IMG/VR virus record: IMGVR_UViG_3300009164_000071
Span: 1,290 to 65,289 of that record
Source: a virus
Taxonomy: Duplodnaviria > Caudoviricetes
DNA: 64,000 nucleotides
Direction: 5' to 3' (one strand)
Shown: piece after piece, positions 10,370 through 18,668 of the stretch
Numbering within the stretch: the stretch's first letter is position 1
Layout of the letters: every line of letters begins with the position of its first letter
Translations under genes and position numbers: made by a program
The notes under the pieces: model-generated
Seen by the model: the letters and a program-made list of their open reading frames with translations, nothing else
Told to the model about the DNA's origin: nothing
Database searches by the model: none

Positions 10370-10403
10370 TCTTCCTATCTCCTTAATGGATGTTTCTTTG
10401 TTT

Positions 10404-10440
10404 TATTTAGCAACAAAAGTAAAAAAATCTTGGTTAAATA
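10404..10440. promoter_or_regulatory. Divergent TAAATA late-promoter motifs (sheath on -, HNH-like gene on +)
   Basis: tattta at 10404-10409 and taaata at 10435-10440 in the intergenic gap. Confidence 0.65.
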
Positions 10441-10467
10441 CTAAGGAAAGGGCGGTGAAAAGGGCTT

Positions 10468-10803
10468 ATGAGAAAACTTTGTAAAACTTGTAGAGAACGA
10501 CCAGTGGCTGTAAACTACCATAAAGAAGGCAGAACCTTCTATAGATCAAAATGTGATCATTGTAGCAAAGATCGAGGTATTGGACTTAGTAAATGGGAAG
10601 CGGCAGGATATAAGAAAAAACCTCAATGCGATAGATGCGGGTTTAAATCACAGCATTCTGAAATTTTTAATGTATTCTATGTTGATGGAAAATTAAATAA
10701 CAACCAACATACTAATCTTAAGACAGTGTGTGCAAACTGTCAGAGAGTACTACACCAAGAAGGCGCAAAATGGACTAGAGGGGATTTGACACCAGATCTT
10801 TGA
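10468..10803 (+). CDS. HNH-like zinc-finger protein (probably catalytically degenerate)
   Basis: CKTC...CDHC, CDRCG...VDG..NN....NL..VCANC; TAAATA at 10435-10440. Confidence 0.7.
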   Translation: MRKLCKTCRERPVAVNYHKEGRTFYRSKCDHCSKDRGIGLSKWEAAGYKKKPQCDRCGFKSQHSEIFNVFYVDGKLNNNQHTNLKTVCANCQRVLHQEGAKWTRGDLTPDL

Positions 10804-11398
10804 CCTGAACAAATAGGTCGTCAATGCTACCGTTGTTGTCAAAACTATGATCAAATCTAGTGCCGACCCACGATGTTTCGCTGGCGTGAATATTTTCTTC
10901 TTTTAACCACCTAACAGCTGATTCAACGCCCTTGTTCGCTTGAATAGCAACATCATACCAATGTGGGCGGATACCTCGTTCTACACTGACTATAATTCCA
11001 CCAGCATCTTTAATTGATTTAATTTCATTAGGAAATCTGCAATCACTGATAACAACGTCGTCTTTACTTGTACGGAGTTTATTCTCTAGACTAGCAATCC
11101 ACATATCATCGTGGAAGCCTTGCCGACATACTTCTGTGCCCCAGTATTGTAGAATCCAACGTGGAGTTAGGTGTGGCATACCTAAACGTTCTGCCCACCA
11201 CGGATCTACTTGCTCTCGCCACTCGCGGGCCTGTTTTGTACGGCCTTCTAACATCATTCGGTCCCAACCAAACACAGCACTGACTGCGTCTTTTAAGCTG
11301 TTGGCAAAACTTTCTCGTCTAAAACCGTGGAAATTTGTAAGATAGTCAGCGACTGTATCTTTACCTGACCCAATAAATCCGCACACACCAATAATCAT
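10775..11398 (-). CDS. gp1: Deoxynucleoside monophosphate kinase (T4 gp1-like)
   Basis: GFIGSGKDT P-loop, FANSLKD, TPR.ILQ..GTE, VISDCRFPNE, HASE motifs. Confidence 0.93.
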   Translation of the reverse strand: MIIGVCGFIGSGKDTVADYLTNFHGFRRESFANSLKDAVSAVFGWDRMMLEGRTKQAREWREQVDPWWAERLGMPHLTPRWILQYWGTEVCRQGFHDDMWIASLENKLRTSKDDVVISDCRFPNEIKSIKDAGGIIVSVERGIRPHWYDVAIQANKGVESAVRWLKEENIHASETSWVGTRFDHSFDNNGSIDDLFVQVKDLVSNPL

Positions 11399-11421
11399 AG
11401 TATCTCTCCAGTAGATACTAA

Positions 11422-11450
11422 ATTGTATGCGAAATAAATTATAATGTCAA
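11422..11450 (-). promoter_or_regulatory. Sigma70-type (early/middle) promoter for dNMP kinase
   Basis: TTGACA (11450-11445), 17-bp spacer, TACAAT (11427-11422). Confidence 0.8.
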
Positions 11451-11457
11451 GAAAAAC

Positions 11458-12216
11458 TTAGCCAATTACCCAAGTTAGCGGTGTGCCGCCTTCTTTGTAA
11501 TTGATAAGATCTTGTTCTAACAGCTCAATTTCAGCTTTACCTTCTGATTTGAGAGCGGTGCCATTTAGTGATGTTGCACCCTGTGGGCTGGCAATTTGTC
11601 CAAATTTTTCACGAGCTTCACCTAGCATAATCTTACAGGTTGCTAGAGTGTAGTCTCGTAGCCACTGGCCTGCAAAGGTGTCTGCCAATAAGTTAAAATT
11701 AGGTCGATGGTTATCTATCCATAATAATACTTCTTCGCTGCCTCGAGGGCGTTGATCTACGGTCAACGACTTGGTAGTTTTATTAAACATAAAATTAATT
11801 TCACTGCCAAACATTTTACCAACTTGTTTCTGATAGCTAGCAAAAGCGTAGTATGTTGCTAGACCACCCATATTTGTACTTGTCAGCAAATATGTGTTAG
11901 AGTATGCTAGATTAAATGGCTCGAATAAACTTCCGCCATCACCCCCGCCTGTTCTAGATCCTATGCTTCTTCTGTAGATTCTACGTACATTTTCAATTTC
12001 TGGCGCTAGCACGTAAGTATTCACATCAGTTTCTAGAGTTAAAAATGCAAAGCTCTCTTCTACAGAATTTGAACTACGTTGGCGGAATTTACGAAATGCA
12101 CGGTCTAATGCAGTTGTGTAGTGTGCAGGATCTAGCTCAATGTCAACCATGCCGCTACCTAGCATTAGTTTTACATAATCTATGACCTGTTGTTGTTGGT
12201 TATCGGAATCACTCAT
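11458..12216 (-). CDS. gp13: Neck/head-tail adaptor protein (T4 gp13-like)
   Basis: LG..MVDIELD, W..DY.LA..K..LGEAR.KF, P.G...LNG..L..EG motifs. Confidence 0.85.
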   Translation of the reverse strand: MSDSDNQQQQVIDYVKLMLGSGMVDIELDPAHYTTALDRAFRKFRQRSSNSVEESFAFLTLETDVNTYVLAPEIENVRRIYRRSIGSRTGGGDGGSLFEPFNLAYSNTYLLTSTNMGGLATYYAFASYQKQVGKMFGSEINFMFNKTTKSLTVDQRPRGSEEVLLWIDNHRPNFNLLADTFAGQWLRDYTLATCKIMLGEAREKFGQIASPQGATSLNGTALKSEGKAEIELLEQDLINYKEGGTPLTWVIG

Positions 12217-12221
12217 ACATT

Positions 12222-12238
12222 TATTTACCTTATAAATA
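12222..12238. promoter_or_regulatory. Back-to-back T4-like late promoters
   Basis: TATAAATA on + at 12231-12238 before ORF 12246, and TAAATA on - at 12227-12222 before ORF 12216. Confidence 0.75.
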
Positions 12239-12245
12239 TAGTACT

Positions 12246-13451
12246 ATGCCAAGACTATCACTATACAAGCCAGAAAAAGGCGCGGATTTTAAATTCTTAG
12301 ATCGTACTATAAACGAACAATTTCAGGTAGGTGGAACTGATATATTTGTACACAAGTATCTAGGACCAGTCAACCCTGAAGAAGGCACCAGCAGTCCTGC
12401 GGTTCCTAACAATAATAACTCTACGCCCGAACTAGGCATACAAGATTTATTATTTTTAGAAAACCGAGATAGACACTACGATCCTGATATCTATATTATT
12501 CGTGGAATTTATGACATGGTTGACATTGATTTTAATCTAAGTCAGTTTGGCATGTTCTTACAAAATGACACTATCTTTTTAATGTTTCATTTGCGAGGGC
12601 ATTATGAAGCATTGGGAAGAAAAATAATGTCGGGTGATGTTGTTGAACTGCCGCATCAAAAAGACGAGTATGCTCTTGATGATGCATCAGTGGCCCTAAA
12701 AAGATTTTACGTTGTACAAGACGTCACACGCCCTGCCAAAGGATATAGTCAAACATGGTATCCGCACCTTGTTCGTGCTAAATGCATACCGTTAGTTGAC
12801 AGTCAAGAATTTAAAGAAATATTTGATCAGAGCAGTGGAGAAGAAGGTTCTGATAGTACCTTGCGAGACTTACTCAGTACCTATCAAAAGAACATTGAAA
12901 TTAATGATCAGGTTGTGGCACAGGCTGAAGCAGATGCTCCTAAGAGCGGATATAATACCAAAGGGTTTTATGTTATACCTACAAGGTCATCTGGCCTAGT
13001 AGATGTTGCAGATGCCAGCGATACATTAGATGACGCTAGTTTAGAAAATGCTAATTTAGATGCTAGTATGGTATTACATACTCCTAATGGTAATCTGTAT
13101 ATTGGGTACTTGACAGAGGATGGTATACCACCTAACGGGGCACCGTTTAGTTCAGGTATTGAATTTCCTGCACACCCTGTTATCGGAGAGTTTTATCTAA
13201 GAACAGACTATATGCCCAACAGACTTTTTAGATTCAGCGGGTCAAGTTGGTTCAAGTTTGAAGATAAAGTTAGAATGACATTGAGCAATACTGGATTTGA
13301 TGATGCCGCAGGTAAGTATGCTGGAAAAGAAGTTAGCCAAACATTAAAAACAAGTTTTGTTAATAACAATACCACAGCGACTATAAATGGCAAGGTTATT
13401 AAACAGAAACAAGCATTAAGTAAAGTACTAAAACCTAAGGCGGATAATTAA
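12246..13451 (+). CDS. Neck/head-closure protein (T4 gp14-like) with C-terminal extension
   Basis: DLLFLENRDR.YD, LSQFG.FL.ND, GDV.ELP pattern; lies between gp13- and gp15-like genes. Confidence 0.65.
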   Translation: MPRLSLYKPEKGADFKFLDRTINEQFQVGGTDIFVHKYLGPVNPEEGTSSPAVPNNNNSTPELGIQDLLFLENRDRHYDPDIYIIRGIYDMVDIDFNLSQFGMFLQNDTIFLMFHLRGHYEALGRKIMSGDVVELPHQKDEYALDDASVALKRFYVVQDVTRPAKGYSQTWYPHLVRAKCIPLVDSQEFKEIFDQSSGEEGSDSTLRDLLSTYQKNIEINDQVVAQAEADAPKSGYNTKGFYVIPTRSSGLVDVADASDTLDDASLENANLDASMVLHTPNGNLYIGYLTEDGIPPNGAPFSSGIEFPAHPVIGEFYLRTDYMPNRLFRFSGSSWFKFEDKVRMTLSNTGFDDAAGKYAGKEVSQTLKTSFVNNNTTATINGKVIKQKQALSKVLKPKADN

Positions 13452-13452
13452 A

Positions 13453-14841
13453 ATGAGTGATCACTTCTACGACGGTCAAGTTAGACGCTATATCACACAA
13501 TTTATACGTGTGATGAGTAATTTTAGTTATAAGAATGCCAGTGGTCAATTAGTACAAGTACCTGCACGATACGGTGACATGACTCGACAGGTTGCACAGA
13601 TTGTAAAAAAGAATTCAGAAAACACAGTACCTACTGCACCATTTATCAGTTGCTATATTAAGGATCTACAATTTGATCGTCCTCGTTTACAAGACCCTAC
13701 ATTTGTCAGCAAAGTACAGATTAGAGAACGAGCATTTGACGATGATGCAGGTGAATACACCTATACACAAGGCGCTGGCTATACTGTAGAACGTATCATG
13801 CCTAGCCCGTATCTAATAACATTTAATGCAGACATATGGTCTACAAACACTGAACAAAAATTACAGTTATGGGAACAGATTGCTGTGTTATTCAACCCCG
13901 CTCTTGAGTTTCAAAACTCAGACAACTATCTAGATTGGACTAGCCTAAGTGTGTTAAATTTAGATTCTATGGTATGGTCAAGTCGTCAAATACCCCAAGG
14001 ATTGGATCAAGATATTGATATTCTAAGCATGAGTTTCAAAGCACCAATTTGGATAACGCCCCCTGCTAAGGTTAAAAAATTAGATATCATAACTAAAATT
14101 ATTGCCAACGTACATGAGCTAGCGCAAGGATCAGTAAAGAATGATTATTCTGATCCCGGAGCAATATATTCGTTTGACGGTACTCCGAGTCGTGTAGTAC
14201 TAACTCCTGGAAATTTTGATCTTTTAGTTTTAGATAATGTAGCTTCTTTGATCCACAATACCGCAGAAGAAGCACAATATTTAGACACTCACCCAGACGG
14301 CAGTCCTAACTGGCATACTTTGTTAGATATATACCCTGGACAATTCCGTGCAGGACTAAGTCAACTACGTTTGACTAAACCTAATGGTTTAGAAATTGTT
14401 GCTTATATTAGTTTAGATCCTGTTGATGATAGACGGGTTGTTTTAAATATTGATCCAGAAACCATTCCTCCTAACGATACCATAGGCGGGCGCACTACTG
14501 TAGATGCTATTATTAATCCTGAAACATTTAATCCTAAATCTCCCAGTGTAGGTACAACGTATCTAATTTTAGAAAGTATCAACGCTGATACTAATTATCC
14601 TAACTATCAAGGTCCTGTTGCATGGCAGAATAGCAATGGCGACGACTTTACTGCATCTGCCAATGACATAATTCAATGGGATGGCAGTGCCTGGCAGATT
14701 GTTTTCAATTCACTAACAACTGAAGAAGTTGTCTACATAACTAATACATATACTGGGATACAGTATAAGTGGGATGGAGAACAGTGGATGAAGAGTTATG
14801 AAGGTGTGTACAGACGCAAGGATTGGCGCATAATTCTATGA
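13453..14841 (+). CDS. Tail sheath stabiliser/terminator (T4 gp15-like)
   Basis: HFYD..VRRY..QF...S, VP.RYG, P.PY...F..DIW, QL.EQI..LFNP motifs. Confidence 0.78.
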   Translation: MSDHFYDGQVRRYITQFIRVMSNFSYKNASGQLVQVPARYGDMTRQVAQIVKKNSENTVPTAPFISCYIKDLQFDRPRLQDPTFVSKVQIRERAFDDDAGEYTYTQGAGYTVERIMPSPYLITFNADIWSTNTEQKLQLWEQIAVLFNPALEFQNSDNYLDWTSLSVLNLDSMVWSSRQIPQGLDQDIDILSMSFKAPIWITPPAKVKKLDIITKIIANVHELAQGSVKNDYSDPGAIYSFDGTPSRVVLTPGNFDLLVLDNVASLIHNTAEEAQYLDTHPDGSPNWHTLLDIYPGQFRAGLSQLRLTKPNGLEIVAYISLDPVDDRRVVLNIDPETIPPNDTIGGRTTVDAIINPETFNPKSPSVGTTYLILESINADTNYPNYQGPVAWQNSNGDDFTASANDIIQWDGSAWQIVFNSLTTEEVVYITNTYTGIQYKWDGEQWMKSYEGVYRRKDWRIIL

Positions 14842-15263
14842 GTCAAATAATTTGCAGTGGGGGAATATTCCTTGCCCGCGATACCAAACGATTTTTATTT
14901 CTATTAAGAACTCAGGGAAAGACAGCAGGAACCTGGGGATTAGTTGGCGGGAGAAAAGAACCATCTGATACCACACCCTATGATACCTTAACTAGAGAAA
15001 TAGAAGAGGAAGTTGGCAAATGCCCTGCAATAACTAAAGCAATACCTTTAGAATTGTTTACTAGTACAGATCAAAAGTTTCAATATAATACCTATGTATT
15101 AATTGTTGACAATGAATTTATTCCTAGCTTGAACAACGAGCACAGCGGATATGCTTGGTGCGGTTTTGAATCTTGGCCAAAACCATTGCACCAGGGTGTT
15201 AAAAATAGTTTAACTAATCGTGTTAATAAAGCTAAACTAGGTTTGTTATTAGAATTATTTTAA
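14838..15263 (+). CDS. Nudix hydrolase
   Basis: WGLVGGRKE.......TREIEEEVG Nudix box and LNNEHSGYAW; start placed at ATG 14838 (ATGA overlap with gp15-like stop). Confidence 0.9.
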   Translation: MSQIICSGGIFLARDTKRFLFLLRTQGKTAGTWGLVGGRKEPSDTTPYDTLTREIEEEVGKCPAITKAIPLELFTSTDQKFQYNTYVLIVDNEFIPSLNNEHSGYAWCGFESWPKPLHQGVKNSLTNRVNKAKLGLLLELF

Positions 15264-15911
15264 TAAATCTGGACCAAACGCCCAAGTGCCTAAGTGGCGT
15301 AATTCATTACTCAATACAGTGTCTACTTTAATGGTATAGCCTGCCTTGGTTATTTTTTGACAAAGACGCATGTCTTCACCTAACCAATCATTATGCTCAG
15401 GAGTCCACTCAAAGTCGAACCAGGGTCTAGGTAGCTCATCAAGTATGCCGGTTTTCATCATGAAACACCCCATGCCTATTCCTGCAATAGGAACTAGTGT
15501 GTCTCGAGGCTCAAAAGACAGTGGATTTTGCCACTCACCAATAGCCTCGTAGGCTACTCCCTTGGCAGGTAGTTGGCGTCGAACATAGTTAGCGGCAACT
15601 ACTGGTTCGTTGTGAGCTAGTAGTCGAAGTGCGGTGGTTGCAGGGAACACCATGTCGCTGTCGATCCACAACATATATTCGGCTCCGACATTTTTTGCTT
15701 CTAATGCCAGTCTTTCTCTCTGTGTTAATAGTACTGTGCTAGCATCCATGATTACGTGCGTGTCAATGTTATTCATTATGTTTAATTTAACTAACTCAGT
15801 TAGACATAAAGCTGTTGCCGAATGCATGGTATCTCGCACAGGCAATAATACTGCTAGTTTACTTTTTTTGATAGCCCATTGGCTGGTGTTGAATACTGAA
15901 TTCTTTTTCAT
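15255..15911 (-). CDS. GT-A fold (GT2-like) glycosyltransferase
   Basis: VLLP, YMLWIDSDMVFP (DxD), GMGC, GED and H.G motifs. Confidence 0.85.
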   Translation of the reverse strand: MKKNSVFNTSQWAIKKSKLAVLLPVRDTMHSATALCLTELVKLNIMNNIDTHVIMDASTVLLTQRERLALEAKNVGAEYMLWIDSDMVFPATTALRLLAHNEPVVAANYVRRQLPAKGVAYEAIGEWQNPLSFEPRDTLVPIAGIGMGCFMMKTGILDELPRPWFDFEWTPEHNDWLGEDMRLCQKITKAGYTIKVDTVLSNELRHLGTWAFGPDLLK

Positions 15912-16372
15912 GCTCCGGCCACTTCCTTGCTTAATGTTTCGCCCTGGATAACTAATTCGTGTATTGAATTAATTAAATCTTGTGTGCGTTTAGCTGTTAA
16001 AATAAAATCTTGTGGGGGGAGTTTGCACATAGTTGACATGCTTTCAAAGCTAGCACGTTCTTTAGTTATAATTTCTATGGCACTAATTCTTGCTAAATTT
16101 TCAATAAACAGTTGACGAGATTGGTCTTCGTCTAAATTTAACAACTCAATGCATTCATCTTCGTCCATTTCTGAGGCCAATTCTTCTAGAATTTTTAATT
16201 CTGCTAGCTCTAATGGATTAGTTGAACCTTGCAGTTCTTTAATTCTTTTTAAGAAATCTAACAAAGATACAGGGCTAGTAGTACGATCTGCCCATGTTAT
16301 GTTATCCAATTCCCATTTGCTCAGTTGAGCAGATTTGAGTATCTTGTCAATGTTTAGTTTTTTAGCTTTCAT
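15908..16372 (-). CDS. Hypothetical helical protein coupled to the GT2 gene
   Basis: 154 aa, ATGA overlap with GT2; AGGA SD; TAAATA at 16393-16398. Confidence 0.75.
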   Translation of the reverse strand: MKAKKLNIDKILKSAQLSKWELDNITWADRTTSPVSLLDFLKRIKELQGSTNPLELAELKILEELASEMDEDECIELLNLDEDQSRQLFIENLARISAIEIITKERASFESMSTMCKLPPQDFILTAKRTQDLINSIHELVIQGETLSKEVAGA

Positions 16373-16433
16373 GATTTATCCTATTAACGTGGTATTTATT
16401 GAGTCCACTGTCCTTGGGATAAATTTATTGATT

Positions 16434-16679
16434 TTATGGCCGTGTGCGGCCCCCAAATGTCATTTGCAATCCTGATCCGTACGGTGCAAATGGTGCTGGT
16501 CGTCCGCCAAATGCATTAGAGAATTGTATAGTTGTGCCAGGAGACCTTCCAAGAAATAAATTTCCCAAAGTGCCGCTTAGACGAATATTACTAGCAGAAC
16601 CGGTCCCTGGTGAGGTGTTAGTGAATGCACGAAACACCTTTCCCATTGATATTGTTGAACCGGTTGCTGGAACTGTCAT
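16434..16679 (-). CDS. Small Gly/Ser/Thr-rich protein (81 aa)
   Basis: ATG at 16679 preceded by AGGA SD and TAAATA (16714-16719); preferred to the TTG start at 16712. Confidence 0.7.
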   Translation of the reverse strand: MTVPATGSTISMGKVFRAFTNTSPGTGSASNIRLSGTLGNLFLGRSPGTTIQFSNAFGGRPAPFAPYGSGLQMTFGGRTRP

Positions 16680-16713
16680 AAATTTTCCTGTAGATAGTTG
16701 TGGATTGACCAAC

Positions 16714-16796
16714 TATTTATCGTTTTTCTTAGTCTGCAAAAAATTTGCATAACTGTATTCAGGAAAAATATTCTCTATTTTTACTGTCAATAAATA
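16714..16796. promoter_or_regulatory. Divergent TAAATA late-promoter motifs (81-aa gene on -, carbamoyltransferase on +)
   Basis: tattta at 16714-16719 and taaata at 16791-16796. Confidence 0.6.
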
Positions 16797-16826
16797 AGTG
16801 CGTAGATAATATTTAAGGAATAGCAC

Positions 16827-18668
16827 ATGGCACTTTGGATTGCAGGCATAACTCGAGGACATAATGCTGGAGTATGTTTATTAAAAGACGGTGAAATAGT
16901 TTTTGCTCTCGAAGAAGAACGATTAAGCCGTCAAAAGTACGACGGCGGCCCGTATGCGTCAATGATTAAAATATTAGAATATACAGATCGACTTGATTAT
17001 ATTGTTATAGCACACACGCAACCATTAAAAGAATCTGCCGGGCAAGTTGATTTTACTGGTGAGGATGTTTATACAGGCTTGGCCCGAAAACTTGGATTAA
17101 TTGACCGTAAGGCCGATTTACAGAATCACCCGCAGGTTGTTGATATGTCGTTTATTCATCATAAATTACATGCGGCATGTGCATTTTATCGCTCAGGATT
17201 TAAAGAAGCAACCGCCCTCATTGTTGACGGTGCGGGAACATTTATTCCTATGGTGCTTAATAATAGTATTCCTAATCCACAATCTGACATGACATGGGAA
17301 TTAGAAAGTATATTCACATGCAAATATCCAAATAATTTTAAAACTATATACAAGCACCAAGGTGGTCGTGGCCCGTTTACAGCATTACATTTTTTAGAAA
17401 TTAGCAGTAAAAGGGAAGGCGAAAACGGAACCCATGAATTAATTGTAGACGAAACTGCCGGCATTGTTAAGGCGTATGAAGCAGTGACACAATACTGCGG
17501 GTGGCCGCCGATTGAAGCCGGCAAGACTATGGGCCTATTTCCGTACGGAAAACCTAATTTAAAGATTCCTAAAATTTATGACGACGGGGGCGGTGGGACT
17601 TGGAGAACAGCTAACAGAAATTTAATTATCCCTACATATCCTAATGGAGCAGTAGTCAACCAATTACGCTACGAGGAATTAAAAACTCCGATTGAAATTT
17701 ATGAAAATAAAGAAGACATTACATTACTTCAAAATCGTAGAGATTTAGCCTATGCTGTGCAAACACAAAGTCAGGCAGAAGTATTAAATTTAATTCGGAA
17801 AGCAGTTGATAAAACAGGAAATAAAAATGTTGTTTTATCAGGGGGTTATGGATTAAACTGTGTGGCTAATTATTTTTATTTAGATCAATTAAAAGATGAA
17901 GGTATTAATCTTTATGTAGAACCGATTAGCAATGATGCTGGCACTTGTATCGGCGCCGCATTGTTAATGCATTATACCATAACAAAAGATAAAAATATTA
18001 AACCTTATGCTGAAAGTTTATACCTTGGTCCGGAATACACGTATACAGATGAAGAAATAGAAGCTGTTGCAGAAAAATATTCAGCAGAAATATATTCAGC
18101 GGACAATAAACTCATTGTTGAACTTTTAAGAAATAGACACATTGTGACTCTGTTCCAGGGTCGATCGGAAAGCGGCCCCAGGGCATTAGGGAATCGAAGC
18201 ATATTATTTGATCCGACATTTGCAGATGGCAAAGATTTTGTTAATATGGTTAAACACAGAGAATACTTCCGGCCATTTGCAGGAAGTATTTTATATGAAC
18301 ATGCGCACAATTGGTTTGACCTTAGAGGTATGGATCAAAGCCCTCATATGATGTATGCTGTTAATTGCCAACCAGGTGTGGAAGAAAAGATTCCTTCAAT
18401 AATACACATAGACGGTACATGTAGAATACAAACCGTAAAAAGAAATCAAAATCCTCATTACTATGATTTAATTAATGAATTTTATCAGGCCACCGGCATT
18501 CCAATATTGTTCAATACTAGCTTTAATCTAGGTGGCGAACCATTGGTCGAAACTCTCGATGATGCTGTTAGAACACTGGCTAATAGTCTCATGGAATATC
18601 TATATCTTCCAGAATACGAAATAATAATTGTTGTAAAAAATAAAGGAGAATCTAATGCCGAGATCTAA
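16827..18668 (+). CDS. O-carbamoyltransferase, NodU/CmcH/TobZ family
   Basis: EEERLSR.K, HHKLHA, DGAG, GKTMGL.PYG, SGG..LNC.AN, DAG..IGAA, GRSE.GPRALGNRS, RE.FRPFA, H.DGT.R.QTV, NTSFN..GEP. Confidence 0.96.
   Translation: MALWIAGITRGHNAGVCLLKDGEIVFALEEERLSRQKYDGGPYASMIKILEYTDRLDYIVIAHTQPLKESAGQVDFTGEDVYTGLARKLGLIDRKADLQNHPQVVDMSFIHHKLHAACAFYRSGFKEATALIVDGAGTFIPMVLNNSIPNPQSDMTWELESIFTCKYPNNFKTIYKHQGGRGPFTALHFLEISSKREGENGTHELIVDETAGIVKAYEAVTQYCGWPPIEAGKTMGLFPYGKPNLKIPKIYDDGGGGTWRTANRNLIIPTYPNGAVVNQLRYEELKTPIEIYENKEDITLLQNRRDLAYAVQTQSQAEVLNLIRKAVDKTGNKNVVLSGGYGLNCVANYFYLDQLKDEGINLYVEPISNDAGTCIGAALLMHYTITKDKNIKPYAESLYLGPEYTYTDEEIEAVAEKYSAEIYSADNKLIVELLRNRHIVTLFQGRSESGPRALGNRSILFDPTFADGKDFVNMVKHREYFRPFAGSILYEHAHNWFDLRGMDQSPHMMYAVNCQPGVEEKIPSIIHIDGTCRIQTVKRNQNPHYYDLINEFYQATGIPILFNTSFNLGGEPLVETLDDAVRTLANSLMEYLYLPEYEIIIVVKNKGESNAEI

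Noticed and set aside
16762-16790. Sigma70 promoter from TTGACA on minus strand at 16790-16785
   Set aside because: No acceptable -10 hexamer at 16-18 bp spacing.
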